From NCBI GenBank assembly GCA_002633005.1, contig NMRA01001059.1:1-62222 (forward strand): a stretch of DNA of 62,222 bases, given 5' to 3'. Positions 39,501-48,484 of this stretch are shown here, piece by piece; the first letter of the stretch is position 1, and each line of letters starts with the position of its first letter. A program made the translations under genes and the position numbers. This DNA comes from Phoronis australis. Taxonomy: Eukaryota; Animalia; Phoronida. The notes under the pieces were generated by a model. That model worked only from the letters and a program-made list of their open reading frames with translations. It was not told the origin of the DNA and made no database searches.

Positions 39501-42500
39501 TTGTTATTGTATGGGTGCTCTGTAGAGTGCTGTTGTTATTGTATGGGTACACTGTAGAGGGCTATTGTTATTGTATGGGTGCACTGTAGAGGGCTGTTGT
39601 TATTGTATGGGTGCTCTGTAGAGTGCTGTTGTTATTGTATGGGTACACTGTAGAGGGCTGTTGTTATTGTATGGGTGCACTGTAGAGTGTTGTTGTTATT
39701 GTATGGGTACACTGTAGAGAATAATGTAAGATTTTTTATTAGATCTCATTTTTTTTGAAGTATTTTCCAGTAATCAAATCTGTAAAATCACTTTTCAGAA
39801 AAGGATTTATTGGATATATCATTCACCAAATAAGCACCCATGCCACCATAAGCGCCCCCCCCCTACGTTTTCAGACTTTGCTAAATAAGTGCCCACTCCA
39901 TGAACGCCATGTACATGCGAAAAATGCCTTACCTACAGTTCTAAAATTCTGCAGTAACGTCTTCAATTTGTCAAGAAGATTTGACAGTCCTGAAAAAATC
40001 ATTGTGTGTGTAAATTGTAGACCACGAGCCTCGCTGCTATGTTGGTATTTAGCCGTGACTATGGACTTCAAAAAGAATGCAAGCGCAAATCAAAGACTAA
40101 TAAAACTTGACATTTGTTCAGTTAAAAGCACGTGGCCAGGAAGCGCGCGCTGTAAGTACCTGTCATGGAAGATTAGTCTTCGGGAACTATCCATGAAACG
40201 GGTAGCATAGCATCGGCAAGAAATAATGGTACTGGCACTTATTTTCGAAAGTATCTAATACCATAAAAAAGTTTGTGTTATTTTTAAGGGGGAATTATTA
40301 AATTAGTCGTAATTGGTGTTTCTAAAGTCAAAACGACTCACTATAGTGAACACTTCTGCACCCTTACACCCCCCGAATCTCCGGCGACTCAATGACATCA
40401 GTCTTACTCAGACAATTCTTGAACTTTTTTAGCAGATGAGATCAACAAGTGCTAAATAAAACGTGTTCTGCTTTACTGCTCGTCTTAATTTCCTTAGTTA
40501 CAAACACCTAGATCGCTATATCGCGTTTACTCTGGCAAATGAACTCTCATCGGATGACACGCACACAAACTTCGAAACAAACATCACGTGACAACATGTG
40601 TGTTCGTCCAGAGGTTTTTCTTGTGTTGCGGAGTACAATCTAGCGCAGATTTGGACTTAATATGCTGTTACTCCCGACTCCGCAAGAACTTAAAAATCTT
40701 AGGGATGCTATTTTGAAATCTTAAGGAGGACTTCAGGTTATTTGTTGAATCAAAACTATATTTTTACTCAAGAATTCAAGTTGACCTATTGACGATCATG
40801 AGGCAGCGACACATCAGTCAGCGAGTTTTCATGCTGGGATTTTTTGAAAAATGCTCGTAATTTAACAACAAAGTTTGATAGCAATGCACTGCAATTTTGT
40901 AAAAACTCTGTCATAGGTTACAGATGAGTCACAGAGTGTAAATTTGATGAATTCCAGCTCACGATTTCACCTGTTTCGGAGACCGGGTTTCAACCGCTTT
41001 GGGCGAATACGATATCATACTAAAAGATTTATTGGATATATTATACTAAAAGATTTAAAACACGTTGGACCATCTAGTATTTTATTAATGCATTGGGTGT
41101 AAATAATTGTAAATAATTATATTTTACAGTCTTTGTAATGTCCTGCACTTTAATTGCAACCAACTTTCTTTAGAAATTAATATTTTCAACTCGAATGGCT
41201 GTTTGGAAAAATTCCTGATAAAGAAACTCAAGTTTTACTTAACTCAATTAATGTCAGATTGACAAAAAAGTGAAAAATGAAATTCTGGAAACTTTCTACA
41301 TTCAGAATATGTATACTTTTACTGAGTTCAAGTCAAGTTTTTGAGATATTTGGCTAAGTACAAAGTCTTGAGGTTCTTATCACTGAGTAAAAGTTTGGTG
41401 GTCACAAGTCTTTTGGGAATTGAATGTGTAACATGTTACACTTTATTTGGACTTGGCGCATCAAACATACGATACTGCTGGTGAACTGTCACTCTTCTGT
41501 GGCCATTTGTATTCCTCACACCGCAAAATGTGGCTTATTTACGTCTAAACATAACATCCACTTTCATGGAATCACTTTTCAAATCCACGGACACTTGTAT
41601 TAGCCTTCGATGTATAATTGTGTTTCCACAGACATGTGTACAATACTGGCCCACAAAGCAAGAAATAATTGGTGTCTTCAATGTAGAGGTTGTCTCTGAG
41701 GTGAAGCGTGACTGTTATATGAAACGAGAAATAAAAGTGGAACGTGTAAAGAAGGTAAATGACTGACTTGTAACTCTCCTTGCCCTTTTGAACTGAAATG
41801 GCTTTGACTCGCTTTCATTAGACCAAACACACTCATCATACCTGTGGCTGATGCTGTGTTAACAGGTTTTGACTCACATTTATTTGGTTTAATACATCCT
41901 GATCACGACCAGTGAGCGGAGAAAAATTTTGTCCCTTAATGTTCATGACTTGTGAAAAAAACTTGGTGGAAGATATTGGAGTCGTCAAAGGTAAAATCAG
42001 AAGTACTTCCACGGTTTGTGAGCAAATTATCATGAACAGGGTTTGTGCTTAATTATTGATTAACAATGCTTAAGTGCGAGTGTATTCCATCACAATCTGA
42101 GACTGAAGTGTGTCACAATGTCATTGTGTATTATGACAACATATGCTCCATTGAAAATGTTGATCATAATTATTTGTGGATTGAACTAAATATGGTGTGT
42201 CTTCCATGAATCAGTTGAATTGTTAAATGTAGCAAGCAATGAAAGAGATGATATTACATTATCTAAAGATCTTCATATTGACTTCAAGTTTATGTGACCC
42301 TGTAAGACACTTTGAGTTGCTGAATTTTTTAGCCCATTTTTCAGTCAGGTGGTGAGACTAAAACAGTGTGCCACATACAGCTGACAAGCTGGCCAAAAGG
42401 TGTCGCTTTACCCAAGAACCCTCATGACCTTATTAGCGTGATGGAGGAGGTCAATCAATGGATGAAGACGACCAGTTCTAAACGATTTGCTGTTCACTGC

Positions 42501-44056
42501 CTGTAAGTCTACTTGCTATTTCTTAGTCAGTAATTTGCTTTTGATAATCCTGCTGCAGTATTTGCTTCATATTGTCATGATTTTGAGCAAGTCATGAGGC
42601 TCAACACTCATTTATTCACTCCTTAAGCAAGTGTTGGGGGTAGGCACTTATTTACCCTCCCCCCTTTGAGTAAGTGTTGCTGGTAGGCACTTATTTACCC
42701 TCCCCCTTTGAGTAAGTGTTGCTGGTAGGCACTTATTTACCCTCCCCCTTTGAGTAAGTGTTGCTGGTAAGCACTTATTTATTAACCCCTCCTTTGAGGG
42801 TAGGCACTCACTTATCGTGGGTTGAGACGGTCAAGGGGTGTGGGGGTTGAGGGGGTTTCAGAACAGTCTGTTTGAGTGATGTAGTTTATGTGATGTAGTT
42901 TGTGTGCTGTAGTTTGTGTGCCGTAGTTTATGTGCTGTAGTTTGTGTGCTGTAGTTTGTCATTGGGACTATACTAGCAGAAGTACATTAGTAATAATTGT
43001 TTCAGAAATGGTGCGGAAAGAAGTGGTTTGTATCTGGCTTTAGTCACAGCGTGTGAAAAAATTCAACTGGAACAGGAAGTTGACGTGTTCCAAGCTGTGA
43101 AACACATCCGACAGTTTCGACCACAATGCATCAGCTCAGTTGTAAGTAGTATCAAGTTGTGTGTGTTTCAATCAAAAGGTTTTGGTATTCATGGACAACA
43201 CAAAATTGAAATTGATGACAGGTCCACTATGAACTCATCACTAGCGACTAAACACCATGAACTAGTGTTGCAACATTTTTAAGCGCTCATATACATATAC
43301 AGCACACGCACGCACACACACGCGCGCGCGCACATGCACGCACACACACACACGTGGTCACTTATTGTCACTTTGCTCGTCCTTCTGTTGTCTGCTGAAT
43401 ATGTTGGATTTTAATGAAATTTTTCACAAAGGTGTAAGACGTCACTAGAATGGTTTCTGCCAACTTGAGAGAGTGTATATTGTTATAGTGAACAATTATC
43501 ACCGGCTTGTCTTCAACCTCATGTGTTACATCTATGACTGGGCTGTGCTGTTAAATATAAAAGTTAAGTTATAACATATTTGAAATCCTCGTCATGACCA
43601 TGTTTAGTTTTTAAATCGCCAAAATCGCCCAACTGCAACCAAAGTTACGACAATCTATTCTTTCTGAACGTACGAATTCGCTCTTGGTTTGACCGAGTTC
43701 ACATGTGGTCTGTACTAAGCCTAGTAGATAATTGGCCTGCCTGTTGACATACCAGACAAAAGACTGTGCTTCGCAGTTAACAAAGAAGCTAGATGTTATC
43801 ATGCGCTCATAACCGTCTAGGTCTGGTAAAGTCACTGAACGAGAAAACGCCGTCATGCTTTTATGAGTCGTGGAAGTTAAACAGGAGAAAACAAGCAGTT
43901 TAAAAAACACACAATTAGTGTCTTGTTGTTATTTTTCCCTCTGCAAAGCATCAATTCATGTTGCATCTGTCTTTATTCCAGATCCAGTACAAGATGATTT
44001 ATGATGCAGTCTTGAATTTTATTGAGAGTTATCAAACTTACTCCAACTTCAAGTGA
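168..44056 (+). CDS. Receptor-type protein tyrosine phosphatase gene (multi-exon, 5'-incomplete): FN3 repeats - juxtamembrane - PTP D1 (active) - PTP D2 (degenerate)
   Basis: About 22 AG/GT-bounded exons with compatible phases. D1 has [48 protein letters not shown] and MVQT. D2 has HCLNGAERSG. Ends YSNFK-TGA. Transmembrane exon and part of one FN3 pair not seen. Confidence 0.95.
1465..3957 (-). pseudogene. LINE ORF2 reverse transcriptase + CCHC knuckle
   Basis: [50 protein letters not shown]; frameshifts near 4065, 3960 and 1480. Confidence 0.93.
4060..5133 (-). pseudogene. LINE ORF2 APE endonuclease domain
   Basis: [36 protein letters not shown]. Confidence 0.93.
6488..7610 (-). mobile_element. 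Degraded Gypsy/Ty3 LTR retrotransposon 3' part (integrase remnant, PPT, probable 3' LTR)
   Basis: [35 protein letters not shown] integrase core; PVRFKDYV C-terminus; AAAAGGGGA polypurine tract followed by TGT at 6817; far LTR end (6488) tentative. Confidence 0.8.
7630..7864 (+). mobile_element. Degenerate 3' part of a HINE-family copy
   Basis: Core-repeat similarity and GTGGGTGCATTTCAACGCTC end. Confidence 0.6.
8085..8410 (+). repeat. Degenerate ~51-bp tandem repeat overlapping the exon 8394 acceptor
   Basis: Units of AATTTCAGTACCTGGCCCTGTTGAAGAACACTG-like sequence at ~8100, 8151, 8202, 8252, 8337 and 8386. Confidence 0.65.
8394..8708 (+). CDS. RPTP exon: full FN3 domain
   Basis: tttcag|TA CCT...TCA G|gtttgt; [40 protein letters not shown]; 315 nt, phase 1-1. 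Confidence 0.9.
8905..9330 (+). mobile_element. RNase H fragment from a non-LTR retrotransposon (I/Ingi/Nimb-like 3' portion)
   Basis: [20 protein letters not shown] matches the RNase H WVPGH.G..GNE.AD.LA motif; GC-richer than flanks. Confidence 0.7.
9440..9690. repeat. (ATT)/(CTT)/(GTT) microsatellite
   Basis: Directly visible trinucleotide runs. Confidence 0.9.
9713..10003 (+). CDS. RPTP exon: full FN3 domain
   Basis: ttccag|TT CCA...GCA G|gtaagt; [26 protein letters not shown]; 291 nt, phase 1-1. Confidence 0.9.
10108..10196. repeat. ~40-bp tandem duplication
   Basis: ATTGGTGTGCACATCT..TCACTGACTATTGGTAATAGCT x2. Confidence 0.85.
10249..11845 (-). mobile_element. Kolobok-like non-autonomous DNA transposon with THAP remnant (copy 1)
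   Basis: TTAA on both sides (10245-10248, 11846-11849); perfect 15-bp TIR AGGAGAATGCCACCC; THAP-like [17 protein letters not shown] on - strand. Confidence 0.85.
12839..13062 (+). CDS. RPTP exon: N-terminal ~3/4 of an FN3 domain
   Basis: ttacag|TT CCA...ATA CAG|gtaaat; [29 protein letters not shown]; phase 1 to 0. Confidence 0.9.
14194..14395 (+). CDS. RPTP exon: C-terminal part of an FN3 domain
   Basis: ttttag|ATA TCC...AGT G|gtaaac; [27 protein letters not shown]; phase 0 to 1. Confidence 0.85.
14746..14849. repeat. 21-bp minisatellite x5
   Basis: GCAGTTGGTGAGCTGTGTTTG. Confidence 0.9.
14981..15095 (+). CDS. RPTP exon: start of membrane-proximal FN3-like domain
   Basis: ttgcag|AT TTA...CCA AG|gtaaac; [38 protein letters not shown]; phase 1 to 2, matches both neighbours. 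Confidence 0.8.
15141..15188. repeat. 10-bp tandem repeat x~5
   Basis: ACATTATCAT. Confidence 0.9.
15524..17975. mobile_element. pogo/Tc1-mariner-type non-autonomous element
   Basis: TA flanks; TIR CCGTAAACGTTCGGGTTAACGCC / GGCGTTAACCCGAACGTTTACGG; subterminal TTAA(C/G)CGCCCA repeats at both ends; no transposase ORF. Confidence 0.85.
17991..18190. repeat. 30-bp minisatellite x~6.5
   Basis: CTCAGTGTGGACTGGTACATGTACATTGGT. Confidence 0.9.
18362..18641 (+). CDS. RPTP exon: membrane-proximal domain with RRKR furin-type site
   Basis: tttcag|T CAC...GAC GGG|gtgtgt; [41 protein letters not shown], the typical RPTP membrane-proximal motif; phase 2 to 0. Confidence 0.9.
19194..19239 (+). CDS. Probable small RPTP exon (stalk)
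   Basis: tttcag|TCT ACA AGC...CAA G|gtaact; [15 protein letters not shown]; phase 0 to 1 fits the upstream exon. Confidence 0.6.
19373..19614. repeat. 34-bp minisatellite x~7
   Basis: ATTGGAGGAGGGTGCTGATCTGTTCTGTGTCATG. Confidence 0.9.
20188..20359. repeat. ~70-bp tandem repeat x~2.5
   Basis: TGGTCTGTGGAACACCACCTGTTTACCA... repeated three times. Confidence 0.85.
20547..22214 (+). mobile_element. Kolobok-like non-autonomous DNA transposon with THAP remnant (copy 2, inverted relative to copy 1)
   Basis: TTAA flanks (20543-20546, 22215-22218); same TIR with one mismatch; colinear reverse complement of 10249-11845; frameshifted [25 protein letters not shown] from 20720. Confidence 0.85.
22660..23600 (+). 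mobile_element. HINE-family copies (partial core plus a 5' end at ~22800)
   Basis: TTTTATGCGTCCACATATTTATATGTGGGCGCAT 5' end and several CTAGTGGC core repeats; 3' end absent. Confidence 0.75.
24356..24403 (+). CDS. Possible small juxtamembrane exon (alternative acceptor at 24331)
   Basis: attcag|GA GTA AAA...TAT A|gtaaac; open frame [15 protein letters not shown] ending in phase 1, compatible with the next exon; no homology support. Confidence 0.3.
24522..24730 (+). CDS. RPTP exon: intracellular juxtamembrane region
   Basis: tcaaag|AT GAC...TAC AGT|gtatgt; acidic stretch, DDTYGNI, then [16 protein letters not shown] leading into D1; phase 1 to 0. Confidence 0.8.
24832..25421. mobile_element. 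piggyBac-type MITE
   Basis: TTAA flanks (24828-24831, 25422-25425); perfect 12-bp TIR CCCTTATCCTGC / GCAGGATAAGGG. Confidence 0.85.
25527..26569 (+). mobile_element. Helentron-associated element (HINE/DINE-1/pearl-like), complete ends
   Basis: 5' subTIR ATGCGCCCACA plus adjacent inverted copy, (GTCC)n microsatellite, ~150-190-bp core repeats, 3' subTIR TGTGGGCGCAT and CAACGC-tct-GCGTTG hairpin. Confidence 0.8.
27419..27583 (+). CDS. RPTP D1 exon (KNRY loop)
   Basis: tttcag|AAT...GTG|gtgagt; [26 protein letters not shown]. Confidence 0.95.
28917..28978. repeat. 12-bp tandem repeat x~5
   Basis: CATAGCCATGTA. Confidence 0.85.
30270..30407. mobile_element. Short MITE-like element
   Basis: Imperfect terminal inverted repeats CC(T)TTTAA..TGGGCGGCGCA; internal direct repeat CTTTTTTCAGTGCT. 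Confidence 0.5.
30693..30729 (+). CDS. RPTP D1 exon (37 nt)
   Basis: ttgcag|GAT...CAA G|gtattt; [12 protein letters not shown]. Confidence 0.9.
31149..31246 (+). CDS. RPTP D1 exon (98 nt)
   Basis: ttctag|GC CCC...AAG|gtttgt; [28 protein letters not shown]. Confidence 0.95.
31824..31943 (+). CDS. RPTP D1 exon
   Basis: ctacag|CGC...ACT|gtaagt; [14 protein letters not shown]. Confidence 0.95.
32332..32483 (+). CDS. RPTP D1 exon (WPD loop, VHC)
   Basis: ttgcag|AAA...TGC AG|gtaagt; [20 protein letters not shown]. Confidence 0.95.
33376..33527 (+). other. Second copy of the D1 WPD exon across an N-gap (probable assembly duplication)
   Basis: 33364-33764 repeats 32320-32720 with 3 intronic substitutions and abuts the gap. 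Confidence 0.85.
34846..34981 (+). CDS. RPTP D1 exon (P-loop, Q-loop)
   Basis: ttgcag|T GCT...CCG|gtaacg; [25 protein letters not shown]; 136 nt. Confidence 0.95.
35610..35759 (+). CDS. RPTP exon: end of D1 and D1-D2 linker
   Basis: ttgtag|AGT CAG TAC...TTT GAG|gtgaga; [25 protein letters not shown]; 150 nt. Confidence 0.92.
35835..37028 (+). mobile_element. HINE-family copy
   Basis: Colinear with 25527-26569: GTCC repeat, core repeats with CTAGTGGC, degenerate 3' subTIR/hairpin. Confidence 0.8.
37574..37700 (+). CDS. RPTP D2 exon
   Basis: ttgcag|TTA...CCA A|gtaagt; ..[12 protein letters not shown]. Confidence 0.88.
38129..38202 (+). CDS. RPTP D2 exon
   Basis: cttcag|CT AAT...GGA|gtaagt; [24 protein letters not shown]. 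Confidence 0.9.
38320..38830 (+). mobile_element. Old degenerate HINE-family fragment
   Basis: GGCATCCGCTG..TCTCC start and CCCCAGTGGC / GCGCCTCCTGGTGG motifs. Confidence 0.4.
39258..39377 (+). CDS. RPTP D2 exon
   Basis: ttccag|GAC...AGT|gtaaga; [27 protein letters not shown]. Confidence 0.9.
39457..39718. repeat. 32-bp minisatellite x8
   Basis: TGTAGAGTGCTGTTGTTATTGTATGGGTGCAC. Confidence 0.9.
39817..41014. mobile_element. Degenerate pogo-like non-autonomous element
   Basis: Left end with TAAG(C/T)(A/G)CCC subterminal repeats; weak right end GGGCGAATACGATA. Confidence 0.35.
41632..41754 (+). CDS. RPTP D2 exon
   Basis: ccacag|ACA...AAG|gtaaat; TCVQYWP..GVFNVE. Confidence 0.9.
42345..42502 (+). 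CDS. RPTP D2 exon
   Basis: tttcag|TCA...TGC CT|gtaagt; [22 protein letters not shown]. Confidence 0.9.
42628..42810. repeat. ~42-bp minisatellite x~4
   Basis: GAGTAAGTGTTGCTGGTAGGCACTTATTTACCCTCCCCCTTT. Confidence 0.9.
42877..42959. repeat. 14-bp tandem repeat x~6
   Basis: TGTAGTTT(A/G)TGTG(A/C). Confidence 0.85.
43006..43141 (+). CDS. RPTP D2 exon
   Basis: tttcag|A AAT...GTT|gtaagt; [29 protein letters not shown]; 136 nt like its D1 counterpart. Confidence 0.93.
43302..43353. repeat. Alternating purine-pyrimidine (CA)/(CG) microsatellite
   Basis: GCACACGCACGCACACACACGCGCGCGCGCACATGCACGCACACACACAC. Confidence 0.85.
43534..43802 (+). repeat. Dispersed repeat, copy 1
   Basis: Colinear with the reverse complement of 60117-60414 (ATGACTGGGCTGTGCTGTTAAA...CATACCAGACAAAAGACTGTGCT). 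Confidence 0.8.
43982..44056 (+). CDS. RPTP terminal coding exon
   Basis: ttccag|ATC CAG TAC...AAG TGA; [24 protein letters not shown]. Confidence 0.93.
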   Translation: MQYKMIYDAVLNFIESYQTYSNFK

Positions 44057-45843
44057 TGATGAGCATTACACCCAATCTAGTGACTTTCTTCAAGACAGAC
44101 AGGCAGCCAGCCTTCTCTAACACCAGCATTTCACAGAGCATCTCCATTTTAGTATTATATTATCACAATCTGTTTCAGGAATTGCATAACCAGCTGTAAT
44201 TGTATCAACTGCTCAAATTGAAACGTTGCATCTTAATAATATTACCGTAATTAAAATTGGAAATCTTGTATAAGTACTTAGCTAAATTTGACCAAGGTTG
44301 ATCAAGCTTATCAGCATGTCTACTTATTTAGAATTCTTTTCCAAGCTTGAAGCTCTATGCTTGCTTAATAATTATAGTTGGATAAACTTGAAGACTACTG
44401 ATCTCTTACAAAATTCAAGCTGATCATCTTTAGTAAATTCCACCAACAAGCAAAACTCGTTTCCTAACTGGTGATGAAAAATAAACACATCCCACCAGTC
44501 ACAACATAGCTCATGTGATAATCTAAAGTGGATGAAAATAAAAAGTCTGCCACACTTTTATTAAGCTTATGTAAGCTTAGTGTGGAACTTCCAGCAAGCC
44601 CAAAAAGCTATAATAATATTGACCTTGTTTGATTAATAGTGCATGCTGAGCTTGATTAGCCTTAGTGCCTTACCTGTAAGGATTATTCAGAATTAATGAG
44701 ATAGTGCTTCACAAACATATGTCTAGGTGTTTTCAAATGGCCCAAGAATTACTTACTATATTGCCAGTTGCTTCTTATGTTGCAACTTGTGAAAGTTCAT
44801 TCATAACTTGTGGCTGCAGAGTACATTAGCTGAGCTGGAGATTTTAGAAGGGTCTTTAAGGGCACCTGCTAAAAACGCAAGACAGGAGGGGACTGCACAG
44901 TCCTAAGATAATTTTAGAACTCCCAACAAGTTTGAGGATGATATGGAATTGTTATCCCACTTTGCAATTCTTCATATTGCCAATAGATGGCAACGTCGCA
45001 CATCTATGGACATATTTCTTGTTTGACTCTTATGAGCTACTGTGATTTTCCTTCTACCTCAGGAACAAATGTTCTTAAGGATTCTTGACTGTCCACAAAC
45101 TCATTCCATGGTTGATAGTTTCAGCCACCACCAGCCTGTCTTCTGTGTGTGCAGGCACCCTTGTCATTTTTGTGTTGTTGGAAAACTCAGCCATGAATCA
45201 AAAGAAAAGACCAAGTTATTTTGTATTCTTAGAAATGTTTATTAACACGTGCATTTGCATCTGTGTAAGGTTGCATATTTTCCTGTTACCTTAATTATTT
45301 GGAAGCAATATTTTGAGCATTGTGGGTATTCAGAAATCTGTAGAAAGCCCACAATTCTGGTATATGTTTTTGTTCAATGTTGTGAGATTTCAAATGTGAT
45401 CATGTGACTGATATTTATCAGCTGGGATGTCGTGATGGATCTGTACCTATATTCAGAGTACTCAAGACATTGAGCTAAAGTTGAAATGTATCCATGCCTT
45501 GTCAGACTTTGTGATTTGAAATGTACAGGAAGTACAGTCGACTTATTCAGTCTCTAGGTATTAGTCATATTCAGATGAATATTTTTGTAGTGTACAATGG
45601 CAGCATTAATATTTTGCTACTGGAATTCTTTTTACATAATTTTACTTGCTTTACGTGTTTTTTATGGGTACGAGTGCTCTACTCATCTTACAGTGTTCAC
45701 ATGGAGTCATATGGTGACCCATTGTTCATGTTTCACTTGTAAGTTTCTTATTTAGCTCTCCTGTAAAAGTTAAGCTGTTCACCTTATTGTGTACACCTAT
45801 GTATAGGGACCATTTATGGTGGAGGTATCAATCTTCTACATTT

Positions 45844-45849
45844 AATAAA
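45844..45849 (+). promoter_or_regulatory. Candidate polyadenylation signal of the RPTP 3' UTR
   Basis: AATAAA followed by T/GT-rich sequence ~1.8 kb after the stop; other AATAAA copies lie near 44.5 kb, so the choice is uncertain. Confidence 0.3.
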
Positions 45850-46116
45850 TTTTGTATTTCATGTGTGTCGCAATGCATTCATAAGATTTTTGTGATTCTC
45901 TAAATTTACAAGTACAGGCTTTCCTTGTGCCATCTATGATTTGCAGTGCTGTCAGAAAACAGCCTAGATATCATTTCTTATGTAGAGTTGATATATCATG
46001 GTTCTCAAATGCGTTCGTTTTGGTCAGCTTTTTTGTATTCTGATCCTGGTCATATCCTTTTTTCGTACATTTACATAATTTAATTTGTCTCGTATTTTTG
46101 TTATTATATTGTATTA

Positions 46117-46270
46117 CCGTAAATTCGCAGGTTAACGCCCATGCCCAGGTAATCGTCCATCCGACTTTTTGTTAATTTTCAGGTTAGTCGCCCCTGCTTG
46201 GGTTTTAAAGCTACTTTGAGCAAATTTTCACCCACATAAACGCCCTCCTCTCGGATAATTGCCCATCCCC
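46117..46270 (+). mobile_element. pogo-like left terminus (related to 15524-17975)
   Basis: TA+CCGTAAATTCGCAGGTTAACGCCCATG and subterminal CGCCC repeats. Confidence 0.7.
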
Positions 46271-46574
46271 ATCTTACCCCTTACAGAACTCGTGCTTTTG
46301 TTTGCAGCTTCTCCTCAGGCTGACTTTTGTGTTTGCATAAACACAGTGTGCTTACACCAGCCTACAATTCTCAAAAAGTACATCTTGCAGCCGGCGTTTG
46401 TGGAATAATTCAAGCGCTGCAGATAGTTTTGTATTAGTATATTCACTAAATTGTACAAAATCTGCTGATTAGCTTTGACGCTGAAAATAAAAACCAACAC
46501 TTGAAGACCACACAAATAAAAATATTGCAAACTCCATCAAATACCACAGGGAAATAGACTGATTGATTGATTTA

Positions 46575-47537
46575 TTATTGACGGAGAAATCGACACATTT
46601 CGTTTCGCGACGGAAACCCGCTGAAACCGCGGCTTCAACGACGCTCGCTTTCCGTCGCCGGGCGGAACAACCCGTCACTGAGCAATACTCAAATCACTGA
46701 GTCCCCCGGGCCGGCTCCGCCACCTGGGAACGTACCTGCGTTTCCTGTTTTCCACTGGCTAGTAAGGAGGCCGCGCTCCGGCCCCGATTCGGATTCCGTG
46801 CTCTGCGGCGCCGATAGTGATATGTGTACCGCAGTAATCGAACACGTACATATGCAGGGACACAACTGCCAAGGCGGGGACAGCGACGATAAGCCCCACG
46901 AACAGCCAAGTTGCCAGATCACCAACTGAAAACCTGGCACATGTTCCGTGACAGTAAAATCTATTTCGCTGCTCAAGCTGTAACTTACAAAAATCAACAC
47001 AAATGGCCAATAATCTACACATTTCTTGGGACTTAGAAAATTTTTCAACGCAACGTTTCTGAAAGCAATACAAATGGCCAATAATAGACACATTTTTCGA
47101 GACTTAAAACATTTCGCTCATATTCGCAGGGGCAGATCTGCACGGGGACTGCAGCGCGCTCCGGCCTCGGCCAGCGCCGACTTGATGACCGCGTGGACTT
47201 TTCACATATAGTCGGGACACGACTAGGAACTGTATCCCGGCCCGCTGATCGACCCCGCTACGTTTCCTTACCTTTGTAATATTTTCAAATGAAGGCACCT
47301 TTGAGAAAGCGACACAAATGGCCAATATATATACGGTCTCCCAGTCGGGGACTGCATGGTCACGTATCCATTACCACCAGGTTGGCGGAGGACCAACTGG
47401 AAAGCTTGAGCCCGCTGCCCCGCTGCCGGAAAGTGCCGATTCAGCCGGTGGTCGCAGTGTGAGGATCAGCAAATTTCCGCGGGTTTTCGTTGCGAAACGA
47501 AATGTGTCGATATCACCGTCAATAACCGACACATTTT
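46575..47537. repeat. Modular repeat block A: 47-bp inverted repeats enclosing ~70-bp units and GC-rich modules
   Basis: 46575-46621 is the reverse complement of 47479-47525 (4 mismatches); internal GACACAAATGGCCAATAATCGACACATTT-type units. Confidence 0.75.
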
Positions 47538-48025
47538 AAAATGCGCGTTTTCATTTCACCCTATTTCGCGCCATATATTGCCTTTGCACGGCGTCACCGT
47601 ACCCCCGCGCGGAGCGCGGAGTGCGACACGCTCAATCAGCCAATTTGTGAGACACCCGCCCGACTCATGTGGATGCATTCCCACGGGGCCTAGGGGCCAC
47701 GCCACCGCCTCGCACCCTTCTCGAGCGTATCACGGTGAATGTCCTTCGACAGCCATGGGAACTGGGTGGCATTCTTTAAAATATTCCAGCGTTACGTCTC
47801 AGCGAATAATATGACGGACGCTGAGTGCATTGATCCAGTGGCGGATCTAGGATATCACAAGGGGGGCCAACATTTTGTCTGTAAACATTTGCAAATCCCC
47901 CTCCCGTCCGGGAAAATGTTTTTTCTCTAAAAATCAAGCATTTCCTTGATTCCTGATGTATTATCCAAGAAAATAAGGCAAAGATAGAAAAAAACGGAGA
48001 ACGTGTCAAACTTGAAAACCGGAAA

Positions 48026-48091
48026 TTACCACAGACTCGAAGTCACGACCTGGCGGAAGGAGCGCTCGTGCTTTATCACTGCGCCACCACG
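48026..48091 (-). mobile_element. tRNA-derived SINE head / tRNA pseudogene
   Basis: On - strand TGGCGCAGTGA (A box-like) and CTTCGAGTC (B box-like) at tRNA-like spacing; no complete cloverleaf. Confidence 0.5.
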
Positions 48092-48484
48092 ATCGTACAC
48101 TTATATGTTGTTACTAAGAGACCTACTTGTTTATGGTCCACAGCGTTTGCGCGCGAAACCTACTTCTTTTTTGTAATACTTATTGTCCTTTTTATAATTT
48201 GTGCAATCAGTTCGTAACAAATTTGTTGTATTTAGAATAGTCTTCAATTGCCCAAAGGACCAAATCCGTTTTTTGTGTTGGCATTAATGACGAGATTGGT
48301 TTGGATATCGTCTTAAGTTAAGCCTTAACTTAAGGATTGCTAAAGAGAGATTTATGAGTTTCTGAGTGATTCACTAAGGCTTCGATTAAAATTGATATCT
48401 TACCAGCAGCTTCTGTTTTTTCATCGTCACTCAGATTCCATTTTCTTAAAAAATGAAGTAATTTTCTTCATTGCACAGTGAAGC

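Noticed and set aside
47836-47880. CAGTGGCGGATCTAG hAT-like terminus
   Set aside because: No matching opposite end or 8-bp TSD found.
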